The position numbers were made by a program, and so were the translations under genes. Of a stretch of DNA of 56,855 bases, positions 1 to 12,628 are shown piece by piece (position 1 is the first letter of the stretch; every line of letters begins with the position of its first letter). The stretch is from Octopus sinensis (taxonomy: Eukaryota). Under the pieces are notes generated by a model that searched no databases, had not been told where the DNA came from, and saw only the letters and a program-made list of their open reading frames with translations. The stretch is taken from positions 1-56,855 of the forward strand of contig NW_021833934.1 of the NCBI RefSeq assembly GCF_006345805.1. Direction: 5' to 3'.

Positions 1-70
1 AATGCCATATTAGTATGGCGATAACTATAATTTCCAGAAACGCTGTCGTAATCTCTTTAAAGAGACTTGT
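1..70 (+). mobile_element. Fragment of the PLE pseudo-LTR family also found at 33.6-34.6 kb
   Basis: aatgccatattagtatggcgataact...gaaacgctg..gt..tctctt..agagactt matches 34498-34570. Confidence 0.75.
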
Positions 71-71
71 C

Positions 72-515
72 TGGCCCCCGTCTGGTGGCACGTAAAAGCA
101 CCATCCGTTCATGTCCGTTGCCAGCCTCGCCTGGCCCCTATGCCGGTGACACGTAAAAGCACCATCCGGTCGTGTCCGTTTTGCCAGCCTCGCCTGGCCC
201 CTGTGCCGGTGACATGTAAAAGCACCATCCGTTCGTGCCGTTTACCAGCCTCGGCCTGGCCCCCCGTGCCGGTGACACGTAAAAGCACCATCCGTTTGTG
301 GCCGTTGTGCCAGCTCTGTCTGGCACCTGTGTGGGTGGCACATAAAAAGCACCCACTACACTCACGGAGTGGTTGGCGTTAGGAAGGGCATCCAGCTGTA
401 GAAACACTGCCAGATCTGACTGGGCCTGACGAAGCCTTCCAGCTTCACAGACCCCAGTTGAACCGTCCAACCCATGCTAGCATGGAAAGCGGACGCTAAA
501 TGATGATGATGATGA
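72..515 (+). mobile_element. Retroposon family D with ~60-bp internal tandem repeats and (ATG)n tail
   Basis: Repeated gtaaaagcaccatcc...gccggtg units, then ggcgttaggaagggcatccagc core and ccaacccatgctagcatggaaagcggacgctaaa(tga)n; recurs many times in the window. Confidence 0.8.
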
Positions 516-519
516 TTAA

Positions 520-636
520 GCAACACTAATAAATCAAAAAACATAAAAATAAACAAGCTTTCGACGGTTTTATAGATATTTCAAAATTATGATGTTATGA
601 TGCAAGGTGTTTCCATTATTTTGTCCAACCCCCTAC
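520..636 (-). mobile_element. Possible Tc1-like terminal inverted repeat remnant
   Basis: Reverse strand of 606-636 reads tagggggttggacaaaataatggaaacacc, resembling Tc1-type termini; no partner TIR seen. Confidence 0.4.
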
Positions 637-789
637 ATATTTATTTGTATTTGAAACCAAAACTGTTATATTTCATTTGCTTATCTTCATAATTGTCTCT
701 CTCTCTCTTGCTCCCTCTCTCTCTCTCTCCCTCTTTCTATGAATATACACATAGATATATGCAAATATAAATGTGTGTGTGTGTGTGTT

Positions 790-1547
790 ACTCTTACTCT
801 TTTACTCTTTTAATTGTTTCAGTCATTTGACTGCGGCCATGCTGGAGCACCGCCTTTAGTCGAGCACATCGACCCCAGGACTTATTCTTCGTAAGCCTAG
901 TACTTATTCTATCGGTCTCTCTTTTGCCGAACTGCTAAGTAACGGGGACGTACACACACCAGCATCGGTTGTCAAGCAATGCTAGAGGGAAAAACACAGA
1001 CACACACAAACATATACACACACATACATATATATATATAGATATATACGACAGACTTCTTTCAGTTTCCGTCTACCAAATCCACTCACAAGGCTTTGGT
1101 CGGCCTGAGGCTATAGTAGAAGACACTTGCCCAAGATGCCACGCAGTGGGACTGAACCCGGAACTATGTGGTTGGTAAGCAAGCTACTTACCACACAGTG
1201 ACTCCTACGATAGTCTTTCAGTTTCCATCTACCAAATCCACTCACAAGGCATTGGTCGGCCCAGGGCTATAGCAGAAGACACTTGCCCAAGATGCCACGC
1301 AGTGGGACTGAACCCGGAACCATGTGGTTGGTAAGCAAGCTACTTACCACACAGCCACTCCAGCACCTATATACATATATACGACGGGCTTCTTTCAGTT
1401 TCCGTCTACCAAATCCATTCACAAGTCATTGGTCGGCCTGAGGCTATAGCAGAATGACACTTGCCCAAGGTGCCACGCAGTGGGACTGAACCCGGAACCA
1501 TGTGGTTGGTTAGCAAGCTACTTACCACACAGCCACTTCTGCGCCTA
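790..1547 (-). mobile_element. tRNA-headed SINE family A (CORE-like), tail plus three reiterated head/core segments
   Basis: Head gcaggagtggctgtgtggtaag (A box) ... ggttcagtccc (B box), cttgggcaagtgtctt core, TA/TG spacer, tail ending gactgaaacaagtaaaagag. Confidence 0.85.
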
Positions 1548-1768
1548 TTAGTGTATTTGTTAGTGTATTCTGTTAGTGTATTTTCATTTGATACTCCTTT
1601 GTATCTTGTAATTAACACACTGTTATGTTACTCTGTGTGTGTATATAATTGCTTTGAGAAAGAATATTGATTAGAAATTCTCTCGTAATGTTTGAACTTA
1701 GAAGTGCTCGAGAGAAACTTGAGACGAATGATATAAATATGCAATGTGAAGAGACAAAAGGCTTCGTA

Positions 1769-1893
1769 ATTCAATCCGCAAACAGGATTTCAATTAGAGA
1801 TGGATTTAAAGGACAAATGTTTAGGATAGAATAAAAGAAAAACATTTGTCCTTCAAATTCATCTCTAATCGGAGTCATGTTTGCGGATTGAAT
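1769..1893. repeat. Imperfect inverted repeat (MITE-like hairpin)
   Basis: attcaatccgcaaaca...aaggacaaatgtt pairs with aacatttgtcctt...tgtttgcggattgaat. Confidence 0.55.
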
Positions 1894-1907
1894 CACCAGG
1901 TCTTCTG

Positions 1908-2330
1908 TTACTCTTTTACTCTTTTACTTGTTTCAGTCACTTGACTGCGGCCATGCTGGAGCACCGCCTTTAATCGAGCAACTCGACCCCGGGACTTATT
2001 CTTTTTTTTGTAAGCCCAGTGCTTATTCTATCGGTCTCTTTTGCCGAACCGCTAAGTGACGCGGACGTAAACACACCAGCATCGGTTGTCAAGCAATGCT
2101 AGGGGGACAAACAAGACCACAAACATATACACACACACACGCACATATATATAATATACATACATATATATGACGGGCTTCTTTCAGTTTCCGTCTACCA
2201 ATCCACTCACAAGGCTTTGGTCGGCCGGGCTATAGTAGAAGACACTGCCCAAGGTGCCACGCAGTGGGACTGAACCCGGAACCATGTGGTTGGAAAACAA
2301 GCTACTTACCACACAGCGCCACTCCTCCTA
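1908..2330 (-). mobile_element. SINE family A, full length
   Basis: Complete head, core, spacer and tail on the minus strand. Confidence 0.85.
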
Positions 2331-2374
2331 CTTCACATTACATATATATATACATACATATATCATTATCATCA

Positions 2375-2610
2375 CAATCATCATCATCATCGTTTAACGT
2401 CCGTTTTCCGTGCTAGCATGGGTTGGACAGTTCGACTGGGGATCATGGAAGCCAGGAGGCTGCACCAGGCACCAGTCTGATCTGGCAGTGTTTCTACAGC
2501 TGGATGCCCTTCCTAACGCCAACCACTCTGTGAGTGTAGTGGGTGCTTTTTGTGTGCCAGGGGAGGCTGGCAGCGGCCACGATAGTTTGGTGCTTTTTAC
2601 ATGCCACCGA
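2375..2610 (-). mobile_element. Retroposon family D
   Basis: (cat)n cgtttaacgtccgttttcc...ggatgcccttcctaacgccaacc. Confidence 0.8.
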
Positions 2611-2998
2611 GGCACAGGAGTGGCTGTGTGGTAGGTAGCTTGCTTACCAACCACATGGTTCCAGGTTCAGTCCCACTGCGTGGCACCTTGGGCAAGTGTC
2701 TTCTGCTATAGCCACAGGCCGACCAAAGCCTTATGAGTGGATTTGGTAGACAGAAACTGAAAGAATATATATATATATATAGTATGTGTATCTGTGTTTG
2801 TCCCCCCACCAACATCGCTTGACAACCGATGGTGGTGTGTTTACGTCCCCGTAACCTAGCAGTTCAGCAAAAGAGACCAATAGAATAAGTACTAGGATTA
2901 CAAGGAATAAGTCCTGGAGTTGATTTGCTTGACTAAGGGCGGGCTCCAGCATGGCCACAGTCAAATGACTGAAACAAGTAAAAGACAGTAAAAAACAG
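2611..2998 (+). mobile_element. SINE family A
   Basis: caggagtggctgtgtgg head through gactgaaacaagtaaaa tail. Confidence 0.85.
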
Positions 2999-3032
<34 letters not shown>

Positions 3033-3278
3033 TCTTTTACTCTTTTACTTGTTTCAGTCATTTGACTGCGGCCATGCTGGAGCACCGCCTTTAGTCGAGC
3101 AACTCGACCCCGGGACTTATTCTTTGTAAGCCCAGTACTTATTCTATCGGTCTCTTTTGCCGAACCGCTAAGTGTATATATATATAATATGAATTCGAGA
3201 CAAAACCACTATTTTGCAAAACAAACAAGGAAAGACTTAATCAATACATAAAAATTTTAATATAAAGTAAATAAACCG

Positions 3279-3322
3279 CCACTACAATTGTTTCATGTCT
3301 TCAAATGACATTCGTCAGGTGG
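3279..3322 (-). ncRNA. Minimal type I hammerhead ribozyme (inverted twin)
   Basis: Exact reverse complement of 3394-3437. Confidence 0.88.
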
Positions 3323-3393
3323 ATTTCCGATCTTCTAATCAGTTTCAATTTATGAAGTCTTCATAAATTAAAACTGATTAGAAGATTGGAAAT

Positions 3394-3437
3394 CCACCTG
3401 ACGAATGTCATTTGAAGACATGAAACAATTGTAGTGG
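3394..3437 (+). ncRNA. Minimal type I hammerhead ribozyme, canonical core
   Basis: CCAC CTGACGA ATGTC-atttgaa-GACAT GAAA C-aatt-GTA GTGG: stems I and II pair, palindromic stem III (ACAATTGT), GUA triplet. Confidence 0.88.
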
Positions 3438-3609
3438 CGGTTTATTTTCTTTATATTAAAATTTTTATGTATTGATTAAGTCTTTCCCTGTTTGTTTTGC
3501 AAAATAGTGGTTTTGTCTCGAATTCATATTATATAATATTTTACTATAAAATTGGATTTAATCCTAAATCTGATTTTTTCCCTGTAAATTTGGATTTATT
3601 CCCTAATAT

Positions 3610-3648
<39 letters not shown>

Positions 3649-4049
3649 TGATTATATATATATTTTTTTGCATAGACACCCCTTTGTCATTTCTTTTTCT
3701 TTCTTACACACACCCACACACACAGACACATGCACTCACACACACATCACTATCAGTCTTGGCAGCCAGGTGCTCGCGACTGAGGATAAGACAAAAATAC
3801 CTTGTAATTGAGTCAGTCTTGTGATCCTGTTATCTACTTGAGGAACCTAGGAGTTCGTTTTCCCCTGCTAGCTATATATATATTGTATAGAAAGGGTGTA
3901 GTGTCACACCGATGACCAGCTGGTGGAGAATGTGCCTGGGGTTAAACGAGTAGTAACATGGAACAACCACTTTGACATGGTGAACGACTTTACTTGTTAG
4001 TGTGGCTGCTACTCTGATCTCTTCTTGAGATTATACAACGAACCATTTT

Positions 4050-4087
<38 letters not shown>

Positions 4088-4801
4088 CATATATATATAT
4101 ATATATAATATATATATATTACATTATATATATATATTATATTACATATATATATATATATTTCATATAATATATATATATACAATATATACATATATAC
4201 ATGCATACATACACACAATATATACATACATATAGACATACATACATAACTATATATACATATACACACACATAAATATATATTTACATATGTGTTATCA
4301 TATAAATATATATATATATAAATATATACACACACACACATATTATACACATATATATATCATCATCATCAGACGCTAAACGATGATGATGATGATGATG
4401 ATGATATATATATGTGTATATATATGTGTGTGTGTGTATATATATTTATATATATATATATTTATATATATATATTTATATTTATATGATAACACATATG
4501 TAAATTATATATTTATGTGTGTATATGTATATATAGTTAAGTATGTATGTATGTCTATATGTATGTATATATGTGTGTATATATGCATGTATATATGTGT
4601 ATGTCTATATGTATGTATATATATATAGTTATGTATGTATGTATGTATATATGTATGTATGTGCATGTCCATATGTCTATATGTATGCACAGTACATATT
4701 ATCAATAACACAGGTGTATTATCTTGAGATTATACAACTAACCATTTCATATATATATATATGTGTATATATATGTGTGTGTGTGTGTATGTATTTATAT
4801 T

Positions 4802-4832
<31 letters not shown>

Positions 4833-5035
4833 GATAACACATATGTAAATATATATTTAAAAAAAAAGTAAATATATATTTATGTGTGTGTATATGTATA
4901 TATAGTTATGTATGTATGTATGTATATATGTGTGTGTATGTATGCATGTATATATGTGTATGTCTATATATATAATTATGTATGTATGTATGTATGTGCA
5001 TGTCTATATGTCTATATGTATGCACAGTACATATT
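4050..5035. repeat. (TA)n/(TATG)n compound microsatellites with a local tandem duplication
   Basis: Low-complexity runs; acagtacatattatcaataacacaggtgtattatc occurs at ~4690 and ~5025. Confidence 0.85.
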
Positions 5036-5345
5036 ATCAATAACACAGGTGTATTATCTATAACACAGGACTGCAGTTATATTTCTACAGGTGAGACATG
5101 TCAGGTGAGCAACACAACACTAGATTGAAACGGAAAACCAAATCAATTTATTAATGTCTTCTATAAGTTACCTTTGCTCTTCATTTGAAATTTATTTCTT
5201 TAACGTAAGCTCTCTCATTTTCCTAAATCTTCCCTGTTGTGGCTTGTTTTCCAGCCATCTTTGCTATCCACTATTCATGAAAGCATCTTGCGAGTAGAGT
5301 CCTCAGTCACCTCCTCTGTAAGATCCCATCAGAGGCAAGTGCCAT

Positions 5346-6265
5346 TATAAAGGTAGGAGAGTGAAAGGTAGGAGAGTCCAGTTTGCTGGACATTGTTGTA
5401 GAGCTGAAAAAGAAGTAATTTCTACTCTTCTCCTCTGGAAGCCATCTACTCGCGATACCAGAGGGCGCACACTCTTCGAGAGGCAGTTGGATGGAACCTA
5501 CACTCGCCTCCTTATGAGAGCCCAAAATCTCTCGTGGAAGAGTCATCCAACCAAAGTACAAATATATGGGAAACTACCACCTGTATCATCTCTTGTGAAA
5601 GGTAGGAGAGTCCAGTTTGCTGGACATTGTTGTAGAGCTGAAAAAGAGGTAATTTCTACTCTTCTCCTCTGGAAGCCATCTACTTGCGATACCAGAGGGT
5701 GCACACTCTCCTACCCTGATGTAATCTCCAGGGATACAGGCATCCAGCAACAGGACCTCCGTAATGCCATGATGGACCGTGAAGTCTGGCGTAGCATGGT
5801 AAATTCCATTGTCTCGACCACGGTCGCGATACCAGAGGGTGCACACTCTCCTACCGTGATGTAATCTCCAGGGATACAGGCATCCAGCAACAGGACCTCC
5901 GTAATGCTATGATGGACCGTGAAGTCTGGCGTAGCATGGTAAATTCCATTGTCTCGACCACGGTCGCGATACCAGAGGGTGCACACTCTCCTACCGTGAT
6001 GTAATCTCCAGGGATACAGGCATCCAGCAACAGGACCTCCGTAATGCTATGATGGACCGTGAAGTCTGGCGTAGCATGGTAAATTCCATTGTCTCGACCA
6101 CGGTCGCGATACCAGAGGGTGCACACTCTCCTACCGTGATGTAATCTCCAGGGATACAGGCATCCAGCAACAGGGCCTCCGTAATGTCATGATGGACCGT
6201 GAAGTCTGGCGTAGCATGGTAAATTCCATTGCCTCGACCACGGTCGAACAATGATGATGATGATG
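5346..6265 (+). mobile_element. RTE-clade LINE 3' end (RT C-terminus) with four 140-bp tandem copies and (TGA)n tail
   Basis: Translates LDGTYTRLLMRAQNLSWKSHPTKVQIYGKLPPVSSLVKGRRVQFAGHC...MMDREVWRSMVNSIVSTTVEQ*, matching the RTE motif pattern LDG.YTR.LR...W...GH; repeats at 5686, 5826, 5966, 6106. Confidence 0.8.
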
Positions 6266-6489
6266 CCATTATAAATTTCCTGCTGGGTTCTTAAGTGTGG
6301 CCGACTGAGACTACGGATATTATATAACCATCTTGTTCTTGGTCAATCCCTAAACCTCATGCAAATTATTGGGGGTAGAGTCAGACATCTCCACCATAGT
6401 GTCTTATTAGAAGCAACCACCTTTAGAATTTCTGGATGGATTCTTAATCGGGACGAATAAAAAGCATAAAAGATATATATATATATACT

Positions 6490-6876
6490 TACTAGCAGTA
6501 TCGCCCGGCGTTGCTCAGGTTTGTAAGGGAAATAACTATAAAGCATTTTTAGAGAGTTATAGCCAAAAAATAGCAAAAAAATGGAAAAAAATGATGGTAA
6601 ATTTTTTTTTGAGATTTAAAAAGGTGGAGTTGCGTCCCCTAGACAGTTTGTGGTTTGTGTTTCTGATTCTCGACCGCATGTCGAATTTATCGATTTTTTT
6701 CAGAACTGGGGGAACTTTTCAAAATTTTCGCTGCGTTAGTTTTGAATTATGACATTGGGCTATGTGTGTGTCAAGTTTCATCAGAATCGGTTGAAAGCCG
6801 TGGTCAGAGTGAGGGTACGAGAAAACAGACACACAGAAACACGCACAGACAAACTGCCGTTTATATAGAGAGAGAT
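6490..6876 (+). mobile_element. HINE/Helentron-like non-autonomous element
   Basis: Starts tactagcagtatcgcccggcgttgctc, ends acagac...tttatatagagagagat; second copy at 35007. Confidence 0.6.
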
Positions 6877-6953
6877 GTAAGTACATATTCCTGTCTCTCT
6901 CTCCTACATTTCTCTGCCTTTCACACTTTGCATTCTACTTTGATCTGTCCCCT

Positions 6954-6984
<31 letters not shown>

Positions 6985-7659
6985 CTCCTCCTTTTCTCTT
7001 TTCTTGCCTCTGATTCTTTGGTCTACTCTCCCCCACTTTCTCTGTCTTTCTCACTTTGCACTCACAAGTCAATCCTAGACACGCACTCTTTCTTCTCCCC
7101 TCTTTCTCTCTCTTCTCCCCCCTTTGTTGCCTTCGTCCCTCTTTTTCTCTCTCTCTTTGTTTCCTTTGCCCCCTTTCTTTTCTCTCTTTTCCGTCACGTG
7201 ACTGCTGGCCAATTCAGCCTTTTGGCCTCCGACCAGCGCCGTGAGAACATCGTTGTCTTCGTCTGCCGAAAAGGCATTTTTTTCCAAATACGCCAGCTAA
7301 ACTTGCACTGTTTATTAGTCGTAAGACACCCGCTGTTTTCATCCAGTTTTTACTATTATTGTTTTTTGTATTTTATATTCGTGTGGCATCGTCTGTTTTT
7401 CTGTCCATGTTTCGTATACATTCGATCCTTCTTCCAAGAAATCTAATGCTTGTAGCTTAGATTTTCCTTTGGGGCTGGCCAGATCGGAGCGATCTCAAGA
7501 TTAATCAGCCGAAATTGCGAAGATGATCCGGTTCTTAACTGAAGATTGAAGGCTTCGAATGTCCCGTCCGTGTATCGTCTTCTAAATGTTTTACGTTCTT
7601 GTCCCAGTTTGTATTTTTCTACATATAATAATAATATATATATATATACGTGTGTGTGT

Positions 7660-7770
7660 ATAGGTGCAGGAGTGGCTGTGTGGTAAGTAGCTTGCTTACA
7701 AACCACATGGTTCCGGGTTCAGTCCCACTGCGTGGCACCTTGGGCAAGTGTCTTCTACTATAACCTCGGG
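7660..7770 (+). mobile_element. SINE family A head fragment
   Basis: gcaggagtggctgtgtggtaag...cttgggcaagtgtcttctactata. Confidence 0.8.
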
Positions 7771-8037
7771 CTTAAGTATGTGTAAAATAGTTATGTTTAA
7801 ATTAAATTATATACATATGTATCAATGTATATATATATACATATATATGCATATGTATGTATATATGTATGTATATATATATATATATGATTTTTTTTTT
7901 TTTGATTTTCCAGTTTCAGCTAATGAGCTGTGGCCATGCTGGGGCACCGCCATTATATATATATACATTTATATATATATATATGTTTAAATATTTGTTG
8001 TGCAAGATTTTTTATGTGAAATCGTGTGTTGAAACAG

Positions 8038-8367
8038 ATATTGTTATATTTCGGAATGGTCATATTGCCAGTTTAGCCAATAAAAACACACGCACTATAT
8101 ATTTGGTGTTATTTTGCTTCAGTGTTATTTATTGTTACATTAATCTTAATCTTATTTCAGCCAGAGTTCTTTTGTCACACTCCTGTGACCACATCAGTGG
8201 TCCTTTTCTGATGCGGTCACAGGAGTGTGACGAAAGAACTCTGGCCGAAATAAGATTAAGATTAATGTAAAAATAAATAACACTGAAGCAAAATAACACA
8301 ATATATATAGTGCGTGTGTTTTTATTGGCTAAACTGGCAAAATGACCATTCTGAAATATAACAATAT
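8038..8367. mobile_element. PLE pseudo-LTR foldback (~330-bp palindrome) with hammerhead-like motifs
   Basis: Inverted arms meet near 8204; each has ctgatg(c/t)g gtcaca-ggag-tgtgac (g/a)aaagaactc tgg; related fragment at ~12055-12140. Confidence 0.7.
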
Positions 8368-8431
8368 ATATATATATATACTATACATATATTATATATA
8401 TATAGATATATGTATACAAAAATATATATGT

Positions 8432-8479
<48 letters not shown>

Positions 8480-8902
8480 TGTATATATAGTGTATATAAG
8501 GCTTTAAAGTGCAAGTTGTGACACACTGCCTTCTGCGCATGTGTGCGCGTAGGTGGTTCTATTATGGTCACGTGATCGAAGTTCGAGATGATGATGGTGA
8601 CGATGATGTTAATCATGCTGATGAAGATGAAAACGATGATGATGAAGAAGATGATGATGATGTTTATTATCTTTGAGTGGAAGTGTGTTTTTACAAAATG
8701 TCTTTTAAAAAAAACTGCGATTTTCTTTTTTGTTTTTTTCCCTTTTCTTTTGTAGTTTTTTTCTTCTTCTTCGGATTAGTGTTTTTCCATTATTTTATGG
8801 CTTCCATGTACCTCTGTTAGATAAACGATACGTTTATAATAAAAAAAAAACAAATTGGAAAACAGATGGGATGTGAACACAATGCTGCTGCTGATGATGA
8901 TG

Positions 8903-8948
<46 letters not shown>

Positions 8949-9110
8949 ATACACAAATATGCATATATATTATATATATTTATGTTATAAATGCCCATAC
9001 ATATAACATACGTCATAATTTATAAATCACACACACACACACATATATATATAGGTTACATATATGTGTGAGTGTGTGTGTGTGTGTGTCTGTGTGTAAC
9101 ATAATATAAT

Positions 9111-9150
<40 letters not shown>

Positions 9151-9301
9151 CATGCGTGTACACAAATATTTATTTTATTATTATAAACCCACATACATAC
9201 ATACATACATACACACACACATATAGGTGTGTATGTATGTATACTAACTCATTCATGCATACAGAAATACATATAAATATATCTACATATACATATACGT
9301 G

Positions 9302-9343
<42 letters not shown>

Positions 9344-9519
9344 CAGTTTTTGAAGTGCATGTGCACAAATCTATATCTATACATGTGTGTGTATAACTAT
9401 TCATGTGTACTTATGCTTACATCCATATATTTATATACACACACACACATACACACAGACACAGGTACACACACACAATGGTTTAAAGAAAACCGAATAC
9501 ACATAGATCTCTTTGTCTT

Positions 9520-11240
9520 TCTCTCTCTTTTACTTGTTTCAGTCATTTGACTGCAGCCATGCTGGAGCACCGCCTTCTAGTTGAGTAAATCGACCCCAGG
9601 ACTTATTCTTTGTAAGCCCAGCACTTAGTCTATCAGTCCCTTTTGCTGAACTGCTAAGTTACGGGGACGTAAACACCCAGCATCGGTTGTCAAGCGATGT
9701 GGGGGACAACACAGAACCACAAAAAATACACACACATACATATATATATACATATATACGACGGGCTTCTTTCAGTTTCCGTCTACCAAATCCACTCACA
9801 AGGCTTTGGTCGGCCCAAGGCTATAGTAGAAGACACTTTCCCAAGGTGTCATGCAGTGGGAATGAACCAGGAACCATGTGGTTGGTAAGCAAGCTTCTTA
9901 CCGCAGAGACACTCCGCCTATATATATGTATACATATATACGATGGGCTTCTTTCAGTTTCCATCAACCAAATCCACTCACAAGGCTTTGGTCGGCCCAA
10001 GGCTATAATAGAAGAGACTTGCCCAAGGTGCCACGCAGTGGGAATGAACCCCCAGAACCATGTGGTGGTAAGCAAGCTACTTACCACACAGCCACTCCTG
10101 CACCTATATATATATAATATATACACCTATATACGATGGGCTTCTTTCAGTTTCCATCAACCAAATCCACTCACAAGGCTTTGGTCGGCCCAAGGCTATA
10201 ATAGAAGAGACTTGCCCAAGGTGCCACTCAGTGGGAATGAACCCAGAACCATGTGGTTGGTAAGCAAGCTACTTACCACACAGCCACTCCTGCACCTATA
10301 TATATATATATATATACACATATATACGATGGGCTTCTTTCAGTTTCCATCAACCAAATCCACTCACAAGGACTTGGTCGGCCTGAGGCTATAGTGGAAG
10401 ATACTTGCCCAAGGTGCCACGCAGTGGGAATGAACCCGGAACCATGTGGTTGGTAAGCAAGCTTCTTACCGCAGAGCCACTCCACCTATATATATGTATA
10501 CATATATACGATGGGCTTCTTTCAGTTTCCATCAACCAAATCCACTCACAAGGCTTTGGTCGGCCCAAGGCTATAATAGAAGAGACTTGCCCAAGGTGCC
10601 ACGCAGTGGGAATGAACCCAGAACCATGTGGTTGGTAAGCAAGCTACTTACCACACAGCCACTCCTGCACCTATATATATATATATATATATACACATAT
10701 ATACGATGGGCTTCTTTCAGTTTCCATCAACCAAATCCACTCACAAGGCTTTGGTCGGCCCAAGGCTATAGTAGAAGACACTTTCCCAAGGTGCCACGCA
10801 GTGGGAATGAACCCGGAACCATGTGGTTGGTAAGCAAGCTACTTACCACACAGCCACTCCTGCGCCTATATATATATATATATACACATATATACGATGG
10901 GCTTCTTTCAGTTTCCATCAACCAAATCCACTCACAAGGACTTGGTCGGCCTGAGGCTATAGTGGAAGATACTTGCCCAAGGTGCCACGCAGTGGGAATG
11001 AACCCGGAACCATGTGGTTGGTAAGCAAGCTTCTTACCGCAGAGCACTCCCTCACCTATATTATATACATTATATACGATGGGCTTCTTTCAGTTTCCAT
11101 CAACCAAATCCACTCACAAGGCTTTGGTCGGCCCAAGGCTATAATAGAAGAGACTTGCCCAAGTGCCACGCAGTGGGAATGAACCCGGAACCATGTGGTT
11201 GGTAAGCAAGCTACTTACCACACAGCCACTCCTGCGCCTA
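9520..11240 (-). repeat. Tandem array of eight SINE-A head/core units (~180-195 bp) plus one tail
   Basis: Units start near 9757, 9938, 10132, 10325, 10507, 10702, 10893 and 11075, separated by TA runs. Confidence 0.9.
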
Positions 11241-11784
11241 TTCACTTTTTAATTATTTTGCTATCTCACCGATTTCTTCCGTCTTGTCCACGTGACATTT
11301 CAACCATTTGTTATTCACTACGCTTGCACTTTAAAAGTGCATTATGATGTGATAAAGAAAGAATGGCTTCTTCTGGTCATTTTTAACTGCTGTTTTTTCA
11401 CTTCCCCCAAATGGTGACTTATTACGACTGAATAATGGACAATAACAAATGGCTGAAATGTTATGCAGGCAATAAAGAAGTCAATATGATCGCACAACGG
11501 CGACAAATTAAATATCTATGTGTATTCACTGTTTTCTTCGAACGATTAATTATTTCTCTAATAATGGAAAGAATGAAATCTGAATCGTCTCAACTGGATT
11601 TTCAGAAAGGAAAAGTGGTAAGAATATTCAGACTAACCAACCGCAAACATTAGTACATAAGCACAAGAATGATAAGCAGAATTATCAATCAGTAATAGTG
11701 CAAAACTGGTGCCTGCTTGGATAACATATACCCACCAACAAAATTTTGGGTGGGGGGAGAAATTTTTTGAAAACCGGCATCTGT

Positions 11785-12040
11785 ATCATCATCATCATCA
11801 TCGTCTAACGTCCGTTTTCCGTGCTAGCATGGGTTGGACGGTTCGACCGGGGTCTGGGAAGCCAGAAGGCTGCACCAGGCTCCGGTCTGATCTGGCAGTC
11901 TTTCTACAGCTGGATGCCCTTCCTAACACCAACCACTCCGCGAGTGCAGTGGGTGCTTTTTACGTGACACCTGCACAGGTGCCAGGAGAGTTTGGCATCG
12001 GCCACGATCGGTTGGTGCTTGTAACGTGCCACCGGCGTAT
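11785..12040 (-). mobile_element. Retroposon family D
   Basis: (cat)n cgtctaacgtccg...ggatgcccttcctaacacc. Confidence 0.8.
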
Positions 12041-12135
12041 ATAATATATATATATATTGTATTTAGGAATGGCCATGTTGCCAGTTTAGCCAATTAAAAC
12101 ACACGCACTATATATTTGGTGTTCATTTGCTTCAG

Positions 12136-12139
<4 letters not shown>

Positions 12140-12173
<34 letters not shown>

Positions 12174-12530
12174 ACACACATATATATATATACACATACA
12201 TATATATACATATATACATATATATCCATACATACATATATACACATACATATATACACATATATCCATACATACATATATACACATACATATATACACA
12301 TGTATATATACATATATATACATACATATATACACATACATATATACACATGTATATATACATATATATACATACATATATACATATATACACACATATA
12401 TATACATATATATACATACACGTATGTATATATATATACATATATTATACATACACACAAACTTGCATATGCACACGCAGGCATAGATACACACACACAC
12501 ACGTTCCTGATATACATACATCATACACAT
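12140..12530. repeat. (TA/CA)n compound microsatellite
   Basis: Direct observation. Confidence 0.9.
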
Positions 12531-12628
12531 GATCATTCATATGTAACTCCACTACCCACATGCATATATAGGTACGATGCCAATATATTCATGAACAAAT
12601 ACTTACATGCCGCCCCCTCATGCACACA

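Larger units (their letters stand above)
3183..3630. mobile_element. PLE pseudo-LTR foldback (near-perfect ~350-bp palindrome 3183-3533 centred at 3358)
   Basis: Two ~175-bp inverted arms, each containing a hammerhead motif; the following ggatttaatcctaaat block recurs at ~30950. Confidence 0.8.

Noticed and set aside
6742-7446. 234-aa hydrophobic ORF resembling a membrane protein
   Set aside because: Spans a HINE end and a CT-rich microsatellite; composition explained by pyrimidine bias
7440-7600. Possible hammerhead around ggctg...cagcc-gaaa and ctgaaga
   Set aside because: Core and GAAA/NUH cannot be placed in the correct order; the region may be PLE-derived but this is unsupported
9687-11205. 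ORFs up to 235 aa with repeated PNPLTRLWSAQGY motifs
   Set aside because: Antisense read-through of tandem SINE-A heads
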